A stretch of 62,369 nt of DNA, the filler included. It is 8 parts of 8 records of this genome, joined end to end, with 100 filler letters (N's around TTAATTAATTAA, not from the genome) between each part and the next. Parts side by side here need not be neighbours in the genome. Positions count along the whole stretch, not along the records: positions 18,996 to 24,237 come from SRR31156797_19261; positions 24,338 to 31,629 come from SRR31156797_19294; 6 more parts are not named here. One strand, given 5' to 3'. A model generated the notes under the pieces. The model made no database searches, had not been told where the DNA came from, and saw nothing but the letters and a program-made list of their open reading frames with translations. Positions 21,038-31,104 of the stretch are shown here, piece by piece. Every line of letters starts with the position of its first letter. The first letter of the stretch is position 1. Both the position numbers and the translations under genes were made by a program.

Positions 21038-21080
21038 AAAAAGCAGATAAAAATAAATAAATTATTTTTGTCTGCTTTTT
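21038..21080 (-). terminator. Intrinsic terminator after the sfsA-SRA pair
   Basis: AAAAAGCAGATAAAAATA...TATTTTTGTCTGCTTTTT inverted repeat. Confidence 0.65.
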
Positions 21081-21115
21081 GTCGTGACTAAAATAAATAA
21101 AAATATCTAATTAGA

Positions 21116-21526
21116 TTATATATTCAAATATTCGAATGGGAAGATGATAACTTCTCTGTCATTTCCGTCATCATCCAGCTGTCTTTCGGTAAAAGGATCA
21201 GCATATCTCTTTGCTTTTCCTTTGTAAATATACTCATCTAATGTTTCAAGCTCAAAGGCATGAACAGTAAAACCATCAGCTTCTGCATTTACAAGAGATT
21301 TATTCTGCCTTTTCATCTCCTGATCTCCTCTTTTTCCGAGACCGGTAAATAAAAGTTTCTTTTCTTCTCTTTTATGTTTATATGAACAATCAGTAAACTT
21401 GGCGATAATTACTATGGAGTTTGTTTTTTTACTTTTTCTTATTCCTCCCTGATTACTACACTGAAATATCTCAGCAATCTGCTTATTTGATATAATATCT
21501 CCTGTTTTTAAGTCTTCTATTAGCAT
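21116..21526 (-). CDS. Stand-alone SRA/YDG-like domain of the type found in McrA-like SRA-HNH nucleases, with no nuclease domain
   Basis: IFQCSNQGGIRKS, SIVII, FTGLGKRGDQ, QNKSL, VHAFE, YIYKG, EQ.DDDGNDREVIIF pattern; the ORF ends right after the domain. Confidence 0.75.
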   Translation of the reverse strand: MLIEDLKTGDIISNKQIAEIFQCSNQGGIRKSKKTNSIVIIAKFTDCSYKHKREEKKLLFTGLGKRGDQEMKRQNKSLVNAEADGFTVHAFELETLDEYIYKGKAKRYADPFTERQLDDDGNDREVIIFPFEYLNI

Positions 21527-22242
21527 TATTTGCTCTCCTCTCTTTTTTCAACTATTTGGACTAAATTTTTATAATAAATATGTTCATCTTTGTATTCAAA
21601 TAAAATCGGATAAATTTCGACACCTTTTTCCTTAGCTTCATAAAATAACTCTGAAAATACAGGATCAGTTTCCCATTTGGGTTCGAATAAATCAGAATCT
21701 CTTAATACTAATAAATATACGGCAGCTCGATCTCCACTCTCTTTTAATTCCATAAGCTCTTTTAGATGTTTTTGCCCTCTTGTAGTTGGAGCATCAGGGA
21801 ACATAGCTTTTTTATCTTCAGAAAGAGAAACCCCCTTTACTTCGATCCAGATTTTTTCTCCGTCTTTTTCTACTAAATAATCAATTCGACTTTTTTTATA
21901 TTTAACTTCAGCTTTCAAACTATCTAGTTTCCCTAGAGGATTAATAGTTTCATCGTTTAATACTGCCTGAGAGATATATCTATGGAATTTAGAATTGATT
22001 AATATCCACTCACCTTCTGCATCAGCTGCAATCATGTCCCAAGCTGTTTTTCTATTTGGATTAGTTGCTCTTTGCAATAGAACTTTATTATTCTCATATA
22101 ATAGTTCTTTTAGTCTGCCGGGATCATGCACATGTACAGCTTCCACCCTGCCATCACTGAACTTGCAGTTTGCTAAATACCTGTTTGGTCTGTCTATAAA
22201 AATTGCTTCTTCATCTATTGGGATATTATAAATTTGTTTCAT
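21526..22242 (-). CDS. sfsA: DNA/RNA nuclease SfsA (OB fold plus PD-(D/E)XK)
   Basis: RPNRY, HDPGRLKELL, RKT, SRIDY, IEVKGVSL, FPDAPTTRGQKHL, DPVF. Confidence 0.95.
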   Translation of the reverse strand: MKQIYNIPIDEEAIFIDRPNRYLANCKFSDGRVEAVHVHDPGRLKELLYENNKVLLQRATNPNRKTAWDMIAADAEGEWILINSKFHRYISQAVLNDETINPLGKLDSLKAEVKYKKSRIDYLVEKDGEKIWIEVKGVSLSEDKKAMFPDAPTTRGQKHLKELMELKESGDRAAVYLLVLRDSDLFEPKWETDPVFSELFYEAKEKGVEIYPILFEYKDEHIYYKNLVQIVEKREESK

Positions 22243-22402
22243 ATATTCACTCCTAACAAAATTTGTAATGATTTCACATATGTATTATACCAAAAATAAT
22301 AAAATTATTAAATAGAACAATAAAAAAATTTGTTTTAATCAAATGTTAGGATATAATTTAAATAGAAAATACTAATAAATAGCTAGTTGAGGAGGAAATG
22401 TA

Positions 22403-22687
22403 ATGGATGATAAAATAACATTTGAAGAGATATTATATTCAAAAGATAATTTTCCGCGAATGCTTAAAAAAGGTGAAGGTGAATTATTAAAAAAATATTT
22501 TGAATTAGATATAAAATTTCATGGTAGAGATGAAGAGAAAGCGAATATAGAGAGAAGATATATTAAAATAATCGATGGGAAAAGATTTTCTTTATTAGAA
22601 GAATTTTTGTTCAAAGAGAATGAAACTAGTCTTGATATTAATAGAGCGATTGGTGTGAATTATTACTTGAGCAGGAAAGAGCTGTAA
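22403..22687 (+). CDS. Hypothetical protein (94 aa)
   Basis: GAGGAGG RBS and an upstream TATAAT; codon usage like neighbouring genes; no recognisable motif. Confidence 0.7.
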   Translation: MDDKITFEEILYSKDNFPRMLKKGEGELLKKYFELDIKFHGRDEEKANIERRYIKIIDGKRFSLLEEFLFKENETSLDINRAIGVNYYLSRKEL

Positions 22688-22787
22688 GCTAGAAAAAATC
22701 AAATAAAAATTTTTTCTTTAAGTAGAATTGTGATATAATGATATGTCTATGGACAAATATTTATTTAGAGTTAGAATCGAGGAGAGA

Positions 22788-23741
22788 ATGAAAAAAGTAC
22801 TATTTACTTTGACATTTTTTTTCATCTTTTTAATTTCAATTCTTTCATATGACTTTTATAACCATATTTATGTAAAAAAAATCAATTTTGCTAGAGAATT
22901 GGACATTAAAAAAGGAGATAGTGTTATAGTCATATTAAGTAAATTAAATCTTCCTTTTGATTATAGAGTTAGAGTATATCTCAAAATAAATGATATATCA
23001 AAAAACATCAAAGCGGGAACTTTTGATTTAAATGAGAAATTAACAATTGAAGAGTTAATGCAAAAATTACAGACAAATTCACAAAAATATATAAAAGTAA
23101 CTATTCCTGAAGGATATACACTTAAACAGATAAAAAACGTTTTACTAGAGTACAATCTGATAGAACTTGATAAGTTTGAAAAATCGCTTGCTGAAAAAAG
23201 TGATTTTTATTATTTAAGTGCAAATAATAATTTTGAAGGATTTTTTTATCCTGATACGTATTTTTTTACTAGATCACAATCAGAATCAGAAATAATAGAT
23301 ATGTTCCTGAATAAATTCATGGAATTATATCCAAAAGAGAAATTTCCTAATAAAGAGAAATTTTATAATAGATTGATTTTAGCCTCTATTATAGAAAAAG
23401 AAGCAGCGAATAACAATGAGAAAGCTTTAGTTGCTTCCGTTTTTCAGAATAGACTTGATATAGATATGAAATTGCAATCAGATGCAACATTAGCCTTTTT
23501 ATTTGATTATCAACGGAGAAAATTTTATTATAAAGATCTTGCAATAGACTCACCGTATAATTCTTATAAAGAGAAAGGGCTTCCTCCAACTCCTATTTGT
23601 AGTCCGGGGAAAGTTGCAATAGCTGCAAGTTTAAATCCCCCGAAAACAGATTATTTTTATTTTGTAATCTCAAAAGAGGGCGATAAACATCTATTTTCTA
23701 AAACCTATAGAGAACATCTGAGAAATAAGAATAATAGATAG
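22788..23741 (+). CDS. mltG: Endolytic transglycosylase MltG (YceG)
   Basis: VTIPEG, EGFFYPDTY, LASIIEKE, LQSDAT, SPYN, GLPPTPICSPG; start at ATG 22788 after GAGGAG. Confidence 0.95.
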   Translation: MKKVLFTLTFFFIFLISILSYDFYNHIYVKKINFARELDIKKGDSVIVILSKLNLPFDYRVRVYLKINDISKNIKAGTFDLNEKLTIEELMQKLQTNSQKYIKVTIPEGYTLKQIKNVLLEYNLIELDKFEKSLAEKSDFYYLSANNNFEGFFYPDTYFFTRSQSESEIIDMFLNKFMELYPKEKFPNKEKFYNRLILASIIEKEAANNNEKALVASVFQNRLDIDMKLQSDATLAFLFDYQRRKFYYKDLAIDSPYNSYKEKGLPPTPICSPGKVAIAASLNPPKTDYFYFVISKEGDKHLFSKTYREHLRNKNNR

Positions 23742-23790
23742 AAGTAATAAAAAAATAAAACCCAATCCATATAGTAAGGAGCAGATTATT

Positions 23791-24237
23791 ATGTTAAAAA
23801 TCGAAATGACCGATTCAGAGTTTCATCAATTTAGAGACTATATCTACGACAAAAGTGGAATTAACTACACGATTAACAAAAAAACTATACTACAAAACAG
23901 AATTAGAAGAAGATTAAGGGATTTAGGATTGGAATCTTATTCAGGATATTTTAAATTAATTCAAAGAAAATTAATGAATGATCCGGAAGTAATTAAATTT
24001 TTTGACGAAGTAACAACTAATGAAACATCATTTTTTAGACATGAGAAACAATTTAAAGCTCTTGAAGGAATGATCGTTCCTGAAGTTTTAGCTGCAAGAA
24101 GAATTAGCACAATAAATGTTTGGAGTGCTGCAGCTTCTATGGGAAAAGAAGCATATACTATTGCAATGGTGTTAAATGAAATGCCTGCTTTAAGAGGGAA
24201 AAATATAAAAATATTAGGAACTGATTTAAATCAAAAA
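23791..24237 (+). CDS. cheR: Chemotaxis methyltransferase CheR (truncated by the contig edge)
   Basis: SGI, TTNETSFFRH, VWSAAASMGKEAYTIAM, ILGTD. Confidence 0.92.
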
Positions 24238-24337
24238 NNNNNNNNNNNNNNNNNNNNNNNNNNNNNNNNNNNNNNNNNNNNTTAATTAATTAANNNNNNN
24301 NNNNNNNNNNNNNNNNNNNNNNNNNNNNNNNNNNNNN
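24238..24337. other. Artificial contig spacer
   Basis: N run with TTAATTAATTAA. Confidence 0.99.
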
Positions 24338-24354
24338 CAAGGATGAAATAGCCC

Positions 24355-26085
24355 TCATCCTTCCTGGTAACTGTTATCGATACTTTCGATGTAACGTTTT
24401 ATACCCTCACAAATGCCTGATGCCAACCGCTCCTGGTAAGCCTTGCTCATCAATCTTTTTCTTTCAACGCGGTTGCTCAAAAACCCCACTTCCACCAGAA
24501 CGGCCGGCATCTGAGCACCGATGAGGACGTAAAAAGGGGCCTGCTTGACGCCCAGGTTCCTGATCCCCTTGTATCGTTGATTGGCGCCTCCCACCATGCC
24601 CTGTTGCACCTGGTGAGCCAGCCTGCTCGATTCACGGATTTTCGTATTCATCATCAGATCGTTCAGTATGGACTCAAGATCGCTGATGCTTTTTTCCGAG
24701 GTGGCGTTCTCTCTGGCTGCAACCATAACCGCCTGCTGATCCGTGGCCATATTCAAAAAATAGGTTTCCAACCCGTGAATACGGGTATCTTTATGGGCAT
24801 TGACATGCAGGGAAATAAAAAGGTCCGCCTTTTTCATATTGGCAATGGCGGTTCTCTGCTCAAGAGACAGAAATGCGTCTTTATTTCGTGTAAGAAAAAC
24901 TTCGCAGCCGATTTCCTTTTTCAATCGCCTTGCCAGACGTTTTGCGAGCGCCAGAGTAATATTCTTTTCCTTGTATTTTTTGTGTGACTTGCAGCCCGGA
25001 TCCTTGCCGCCATGGCCGGGGTCAATGACAATCCGATTTACGTTCAGACCCAGCTGCCTGGCCAGGGAAATGGTTTGATCCGGTTTTTCGGTTTTTTTGA
25101 TACCCCGCCTCACTTTTCGTTTTTTTGCCGAAGGCAATTTTTTTTGTGGCGGTTTGGTCTTTCGTTTTTCAAATCCGCGCACATCCACCACGATTCGAAA
25201 GGGATCGTAGAGGTGAAATACATTGTACCCCACCAGTTTTTCCGTATCCAGAACCACCCGCACCGTATTTTCAGTATATTGTCCGGCCCTGGCTTTCTGC
25301 AGCAGATCATCTTTGATGGGGACGACGCTGTCAATGCGCTTGCCAACCCGGGCATTATGAAGATCCAGGTACAACCTGCGCGGTTTTTTATGGCTGGGAT
25401 CGGCCTTCAAGAGATGATGTTCGTATTTCACGGGAGATTTCACATCAATCACCACGCGGGTGTAATTGGGGGTTGACCAGTAACGGATATCCTTGACCAT
25501 AGCCCGCTGATTTCCTGAAACGGGGCCGTTTTCACCATTTTTCCGCGTCATTTTTTTGTTGAGGGTTACCGCCAGCTGGTCCAGTTTCTTTTTGGCTCTG
25601 GGACGCATATCGCCTTTGGGGAACCTCACATCCACCTTCAGGAATTCCACATAGGCCTGGGACGGATCCTTTTTAAGATAATAATAAATCTCTCCAATTT
25701 TGTATTGGGCATCATCGGCCAGAAAATGTTCTCCATACCCGGCCACCAGCCGCCTATAAAGCGCGATAGCCGTATCCAGATCTTTGTTCTTGTGTGAGTA
25801 TTTGTAGAGTCTGTTGTAGAGATCAGCGGCCTGATAAAGGGCCCGGACTGCTGAGGAACTTTTCGGGTAGCGGTCGTAAACCGCCTTGTATTGGTCCGCA
25901 CATTTTATCCAGTTGTGGCGGTATCGCTTCTTTTTTGCCGAGCCGTAAAGGTCTTTTTTGGTGCGATCCGCCTTCTTAAGCAGTTTCGCAGCTTTCTGGG
26001 GGGTCTTTCCCTCCATATGGGGAGGTGCAACCAGAAAAGCCACCGCAAGACATATGATGATCAAATAGAGGGTTCTTCGTTTCAT
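24355..26085 (-). CDS. N-acetylmuramoyl-L-alanine amidase (Amidase_3) with N-terminal TPR and AMIN domains
   Basis: Signal peptide; TPR-like helices; YTRVVID AMIN motif; IDPGHGGKDPG, EK, FISLHVNA, VLVEVGFLSN. Confidence 0.93.
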   Translation of the reverse strand: MKRRTLYLIIICLAVAFLVAPPHMEGKTPQKAAKLLKKADRTKKDLYGSAKKKRYRHNWIKCADQYKAVYDRYPKSSSAVRALYQAADLYNRLYKYSHKNKDLDTAIALYRRLVAGYGEHFLADDAQYKIGEIYYYLKKDPSQAYVEFLKVDVRFPKGDMRPRAKKKLDQLAVTLNKKMTRKNGENGPVSGNQRAMVKDIRYWSTPNYTRVVIDVKSPVKYEHHLLKADPSHKKPRRLYLDLHNARVGKRIDSVVPIKDDLLQKARAGQYTENTVRVVLDTEKLVGYNVFHLYDPFRIVVDVRGFEKRKTKPPQKKLPSAKKRKVRRGIKKTEKPDQTISLARQLGLNVNRIVIDPGHGGKDPGCKSHKKYKEKNITLALAKRLARRLKKEIGCEVFLTRNKDAFLSLEQRTAIANMKKADLFISLHVNAHKDTRIHGLETYFLNMATDQQAVMVAARENATSEKSISDLESILNDLMMNTKIRESSRLAHQVQQGMVGGANQRYKGIRNLGVKQAPFYVLIGAQMPAVLVEVGFLSNRVERKRLMSKAYQERLASGICEGIKRYIESIDNSYQEG

Positions 26086-28703
26086 GGGTTTGCGGATACC
26101 CGCTTTTTCAGATCGTTCAATGCCATTAACGCCTCCACCGGGGTCATGGTATCTATGTCCAGTTCTTTAATCCACCCTCTCAGCTCCCGGTCCTGAGACC
26201 CGAACAGCTCCAACTGCACCATGCCTTTCTCCCGAGGCGCTTTGTTAATTTTGGAAGCGGTATGGGCCAGGCGCGGCCTGCCCGTTTCATCCATTTCACC
26301 CCCTTCCAGATTTTTCAGTATTTCCATGGCCCGCGCGATGACGCCCTCCGGAAGACCGGCAATCCGCGCAACCTGAATCCCATAACTTCGGCTGGTGCCG
26401 CCCGGCACGAGCTTTCGCAAAAAAAAGATATTGTCGTTCCACTCGCGAACCGCAATATTAAAATTTTTCACCCGGTGTTTGGTGGTCACAAGCTCCGTCA
26501 ATTCATGATAATGGGTGGCAAAAAGGGTTCGCACGCCTTTTGAGGCCCTGTCGTGAAGGGCCTCCGCCACTGCCCAGGCAATGCTCAGGCCGTCGTAGGT
26601 GCTGGTACCTCGACCGATTTCATCTAAAACCACCAGGCTCCTGGGTGATGAATGCCGCAGGATATTGGCGGTTTCGTTCATTTCCACCATGAACGTACTT
26701 CTGCCCCCCGCCAGATCGTCGGATGCCCCCACCCGGGTGAAGATGCGGTCCACAATGCCGATTTCGGCCTTTTCAGCCGGGACGAAACTCCCCATCTGCG
26801 CCATGAGCACCGTCAGGGCCGTTTGCCGCAAAATAGTGGATTTCCCGGCCATATTGGGTCCCGTAAGGATAATGACCTGTTGCTTTTTCGCATCCAGGTG
26901 AACATCGTTGGGGACAAACTCCTCACCCTTGACGGTCTGTTCAATCACCGGATGCCGGCCCTGAACAATCTTCAGATCGGTGCTTTCGTTAATTTCAGGA
27001 TGCGAATAATGCATCCGTTCCGCTGTTTCAGCAAGGCCTGCCAGGGCATCGATCCGGGCAATAATCTCCGTTGTTTCCTTGATGCGTCGGTTTTCAAGGC
27101 TGATCCTTGATCGAATCTCTTCAAAAATTTGCTGCTCAAAAGCGACCCGTTTTTCCTCCGCTCCCAGAACCTCACCTTCTTTTCGTTTAAGATCTTCCGT
27201 AATATAGCGCTCCCCGTTGACCAGGGTTTGCTTTCGAATATAGTCCGTGGGCACCAGGTTCAGATTGGCTTTTGAGATTTCAATATAATACCCGAAGACC
27301 TTGTTGAATCCCACTTTCAAACTGTTGATGCCGGTCCGCTCCTTTTCAGAAGCCGCAAAACCTGCAATCCAGCTCTTTCCGTCCCGACTTAAAGTGATCA
27401 GCTTGTCCAGTTCTTCGCTATACCCTTCACGGATAATGCCGCCGTCCTTTATGGAAACCGGCGGGTCCTCGTGGATGGACTCCTCGATGAGCCTTGCCAC
27501 ATCATCGAGCAGCTCCAATTTGGAAGCCAGTCCGGAGAGAAGGATGCTCGAAGACCCCGAAAGTGCCTCTTTCACGGCGGGAAGCCTCAGGATAGAGGCT
27601 TTAAGCGCCAGCAGATCTCTTGCATTGGCCCTGTTCATGGCGATCCTGCCGTTCAACCGGGCCATATCATATATCTCTCCCAATTCACTTCGAATATCCT
27701 CTCTTAAAGCGGGATCATCCTTCAGGCAGGCCACCGCAGCCAGACGCTCCCGAATTCGGCCCACATGAATCAGGGGATAGGAGATCCAGTTTTTCAGCAG
27801 ACGGCTCCCCATGGGGGTAACCGATCGATCCAGAATTTGACACAGTGATCCTTTGGTTGATTGTCCTCTAATGGTTTTCAGTAACTCCAGATGGGTGCAG
27901 GTGGCTGCGTCCAGGACCATAAACGCCCCCATATGATAGGTGATAATTTCCTTGATATGGGGAGGGAACCCCTTCTGGGTCTCCCTGAGATAGGCTACGA
28001 GGGCGCCGGCGGCAATGACCCCGCTTGGCATGTTTTCACATCCAAAGCCTGCCAGGGATCTAACCGCAAGCTGCTCTTTCAGCAACGCCTCCGCTTCCCT
28101 GGGATCAAAGGTTTCCCCGTCCAGTATTTCCAAACGGTACCTTGAAAGATCTTTTTGCCGGGTCCTCGGATCAAGTTCCGAAAGCAATAATTCAGCCGGA
28201 TCAATTCTTCCCAATTCGTCCAACAGATCCTCAAAGGAATTGATTTCCGTCAGTCGAAATTCACCCGTGGAAAGATCCGCATGGGCCAGGCCGTAAACGC
28301 CGTTTTCATCCCAGATAGCCGCCATGAAAAGGTTGGCCTTCCGGTCGAATTCTTTTTCATCCACCAGGGACCCGGGGGTGACCACCCGGACCACCTCCCT
28401 TTTTACGATTCCCCTTGCGGTTTTCGGGTCTTCCACCTGTTCGCAGACCGCCACCTTCCAGCCGCTGTCAACGAGTTTACCGATGTAGGATTGATATGCG
28501 TGATGGGGGATACCGCACATGGGGACTTTTTTGCCGTTGAAAGAGCCCCTGGAGGTCAGCGTAATTCCCAGGATTTTTGCGGCAACCTTGGCATCCTCAA
28601 AAAACATTTCGTAAAAATCGCCCATGCGAAAAAACAAAATGGCATCCGGAAACGCATCCTTGATGCCCATAAATTGTCTCAGCATGGGGGTCAGTTGAGT
28701 CAT
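26082..28703 (-). CDS. mutS: DNA mismatch repair protein MutS
   Basis: TPM, FFRMGDFYEMF, TGPNMAGKST, STFMVEM, DEIGRGTST, FATHYHEL, SYGIQVA. Confidence 0.98.
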   Translation of the reverse strand: MTQLTPMLRQFMGIKDAFPDAILFFRMGDFYEMFFEDAKVAAKILGITLTSRGSFNGKKVPMCGIPHHAYQSYIGKLVDSGWKVAVCEQVEDPKTARGIVKREVVRVVTPGSLVDEKEFDRKANLFMAAIWDENGVYGLAHADLSTGEFRLTEINSFEDLLDELGRIDPAELLLSELDPRTRQKDLSRYRLEILDGETFDPREAEALLKEQLAVRSLAGFGCENMPSGVIAAGALVAYLRETQKGFPPHIKEIITYHMGAFMVLDAATCTHLELLKTIRGQSTKGSLCQILDRSVTPMGSRLLKNWISYPLIHVGRIRERLAAVACLKDDPALREDIRSELGEIYDMARLNGRIAMNRANARDLLALKASILRLPAVKEALSGSSSILLSGLASKLELLDDVARLIEESIHEDPPVSIKDGGIIREGYSEELDKLITLSRDGKSWIAGFAASEKERTGINSLKVGFNKVFGYYIEISKANLNLVPTDYIRKQTLVNGERYITEDLKRKEGEVLGAEEKRVAFEQQIFEEIRSRISLENRRIKETTEIIARIDALAGLAETAERMHYSHPEINESTDLKIVQGRHPVIEQTVKGEEFVPNDVHLDAKKQQVIILTGPNMAGKSTILRQTALTVLMAQMGSFVPAEKAEIGIVDRIFTRVGASDDLAGGRSTFMVEMNETANILRHSSPRSLVVLDEIGRGTSTYDGLSIAWAVAEALHDRASKGVRTLFATHYHELTELVTTKHRVKNFNIAVREWNDNIFFLRKLVPGGTSRSYGIQVARIAGLPEGVIARAMEILKNLEGGEMDETGRPRLAHTASKINKAPREKGMVQLELFGSQDRELRGWIKELDIDTMTPVEALMALNDLKKRVSANP

Positions 28704-28709
28704 GTCTCG

Positions 28710-29933
28710 TTAATGGATCGAATTGATGGAGGGCTCTTTGCCATTGGTCAAACCGATGGTATCCCATCGGTTACACTGGGGACATTGCCACAGGAGTTCA
28801 TTCGGCTCAAAACCACATTGGACGCATCTGAACCTGAGATAGGGAACGTTCAACCCTTCTATGATCTCACCGTAATCCGTCAGGATATCTTCCTTAGCAC
28901 CCCCGGCTAAAAACATCCGCCCCCTGAATCGTCGCGCCTCCCAAAACCCGGGGTTCAATGCAAGGGCATTGTTGATTTCCTTCAGGGCACCCGCCATGTC
29001 ATTCTTGTTATAAAGATAATGGGCCAATGCCATATGGGTAAAGGCATCCGGATTTAAACGGGCGCATTCTTTCAAGAAAACCTCAACCGGCTCCAGATTT
29101 TTCATTCTGGCATAAGCCCCTTCCAGACGGCCATAGGCCAAAAATGTGAATTGAGGGGCTACTTCGGCCACCTTTTTCCAAGCGGCAATGGCTTTTTTGT
29201 AATCCTGCCGCTTAAAATGGAGATCTCCCAGATGCAGGTAAGCATCAACACATTCTTTTTGAATGGAAATGGCTTTGTTGAAAAGTGTCTTTGCCTTGGC
29301 AACATCATCTTTTTCCTGACAAACTTTTCCCGCCTCCACCAGATGATGCGCTAAAATATGCTCATGATGACCTTTTTCAAGTCTGGCAATTTTTTGCCGG
29401 GTGACATAAGCATTTTCCCAATCTTTCAACCCTTCATAAATCCGTTCAATCTCTTTAAGGGTCCGCACATCACTTGGGTTTTTTTGAGAAACCTGAAGGA
29501 ACGTCTTGAGCGCACGATTCAGAAAACCACCTTTGCGGTAGTCCTTGCCGAGATCGAATAGGGCACCGATTTTGATCTGTTCATCAATATTGGGCCGTAA
29601 AATAATGTTTTGTCGAATTCTGATGGCACGGTCGATATCGCCTCTCGATCGATAGAGATTCCCAAGCGTTACATAGGTTTCGATCGTATCCGAATTCACC
29701 TGAACGGATTTTGTAAATTCCTCAATGGCCTGGTCGTGGTCATTACTAAGAAGGTATTGCACCCCTTTAAAAAAAGAACTATCCCCTCTATTTTTAGCGA
29801 TCGTTTGCCTGTCCTCCCTTGGGGATCGCATGCGCGCACCCAAGAAGATCCCGATCAGAAGAAAAACAATGGCGGTCAAGAGAATGTGCTGGTTTCCACC
29901 GCCAAGGAACCATTGCCAGATCGATTCCAGCAT
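28710..29933 (-). CDS. lapB: LPS assembly protein B (TPR repeats plus rubredoxin domain)
   Basis: N-terminal TM; LGNLYRSRGDIDRAIRI; TPRs; C-terminal CVQCGF...WQCPQCNRW. Confidence 0.9.
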   Translation of the reverse strand: MLESIWQWFLGGGNQHILLTAIVFLLIGIFLGARMRSPREDRQTIAKNRGDSSFFKGVQYLLSNDHDQAIEEFTKSVQVNSDTIETYVTLGNLYRSRGDIDRAIRIRQNIILRPNIDEQIKIGALFDLGKDYRKGGFLNRALKTFLQVSQKNPSDVRTLKEIERIYEGLKDWENAYVTRQKIARLEKGHHEHILAHHLVEAGKVCQEKDDVAKAKTLFNKAISIQKECVDAYLHLGDLHFKRQDYKKAIAAWKKVAEVAPQFTFLAYGRLEGAYARMKNLEPVEVFLKECARLNPDAFTHMALAHYLYNKNDMAGALKEINNALALNPGFWEARRFRGRMFLAGGAKEDILTDYGEIIEGLNVPYLRFRCVQCGFEPNELLWQCPQCNRWDTIGLTNGKEPSINSIH

Positions 29934-29999
29934 GGGGATCTCTCCTTCACATTCAAAACATCCAATCCGATGGCTTTGAATTTAAACGGTGGCGCATGA

Positions 30000-30365
30000 T
30001 CATGGGTTGATGGGGGGGGGTGTTGGATTCACTTCATCGTCTGAACCCATGTCTTCCGTTGTAACCGGTAAATTCCGAAGAGAGTTCAGCTCCATCTCAT
30101 TGTTTTTTACATCCTTCATAAGGGCTTTGATCTGCCGTTTGAACGCCATCCGCTCTGAGAGCCCGAAAAGCCAGGTCACCACCACACCAAAGAGAAACGT
30201 CACCACCGCAATCAGAAATATGGACAACCCCGCTGTTTCATAGTTCAAAAAGAGGAGGTTTGCCTTGAAACTGATTTGGGTTGTTAGGGCCGCATAATTT
30301 TGTACCGACAGAACCACAATAAGAAGCAAAAAAAGAATAACAATAAGCGCCTTGACTTGTTTCAT
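30000..30365 (-). CDS. lapA: LPS assembly protein A (LapA family)
   Basis: Two TM segments with a QN motif, coiled tail ELNSLRNLP; directly upstream of lapB. Confidence 0.85.
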   Translation of the reverse strand: MKQVKALIVILFLLLIVVLSVQNYAALTTQISFKANLLFLNYETAGLSIFLIAVVTFLFGVVVTWLFGLSERMAFKRQIKALMKDVKNNEMELNSLRNLPVTTEDMGSDDEVNPTPPPINP

Positions 30366-30444
30366 AACTGACCTCCGTATTCAATCATCAATCTCTAAAG
30401 TTTATGCGAAAACCAGAATAATATGGAAAGGAACCAAACATCCG

Positions 30445-30921
30445 CTAAACTTGAATAATCCGGCCTTGGACCGTTTCCGACACCTCCAGTATACCGATAC
30501 TGTTGATACCGGTGGCGCTGTAGCCGGTGGCCGTGCCGGGGTTAAAAAACAAGACGCCGTTCTTTACATGATTAGCGATGATGTGTGAGTGGCCATAAAT
30601 AATCACATCCACATTTGGAAAGAGGGGAAGGATTCGGTCCTCAAGCCCCCTGGCAGCCCCCCAGCCATGTATGACCCCCAAACGGTGGCGCCCCACTTCC
30701 ACGATTTTTTTTTCGGGGAGAAGGGCTTTTACTTCCAGAGGATCCATATTCCCCTGAACACCATGAAATACATTTTTTTCCAGGAAATCAATAATATTGG
30801 GAGAAATAATATCTCCGGCATGAATAATCATATCCGCATCGGATAGATGCGTATTATATATATCGATAAATTCCCGGGTGATTTGATGGAGATGCGTATC
30901 CGAAAGTACACCAATTTTCAT
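30445..30921 (-). CDS. YfcE-family metallophosphoesterase
   Basis: SDTH, HAGD, GNMD, HG, GHSH and NPG motifs. Confidence 0.92.
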   Translation of the reverse strand: MKIGVLSDTHLHQITREFIDIYNTHLSDADMIIHAGDIISPNIIDFLEKNVFHGVQGNMDPLEVKALLPEKKIVEVGRHRLGVIHGWGAARGLEDRILPLFPNVDVIIYGHSHIIANHVKNGVLFFNPGTATGYSATGINSIGILEVSETVQGRIIQV

Positions 30922-31104
30922 GCCTTAACTCCGAAGAAACTTATTAACAACGGTCTTTGACCAAAAAAACCATTTGGGAGTATACCAACCCATAAAAAAA
31001 AGACAAGATTTATCTGAACATGGGGGTCAGGTCATTGACGGGGAAACCATATTTCTGTAATAACAACGAACGATCAAACGATATCAAGAAGAAAGGTGAA
31101 AACA

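Noticed and set aside
30012-30020. Poly-G tract at the lapA 3' end as a phase-variation site
   Set aside because: It encodes a Pro run in the last codons, so slippage would barely change the protein
24577-30846. Many short alternative-frame ORFs in the GC-richer contig
   Set aside because: They overlap well-supported genes and are expected at this GC content
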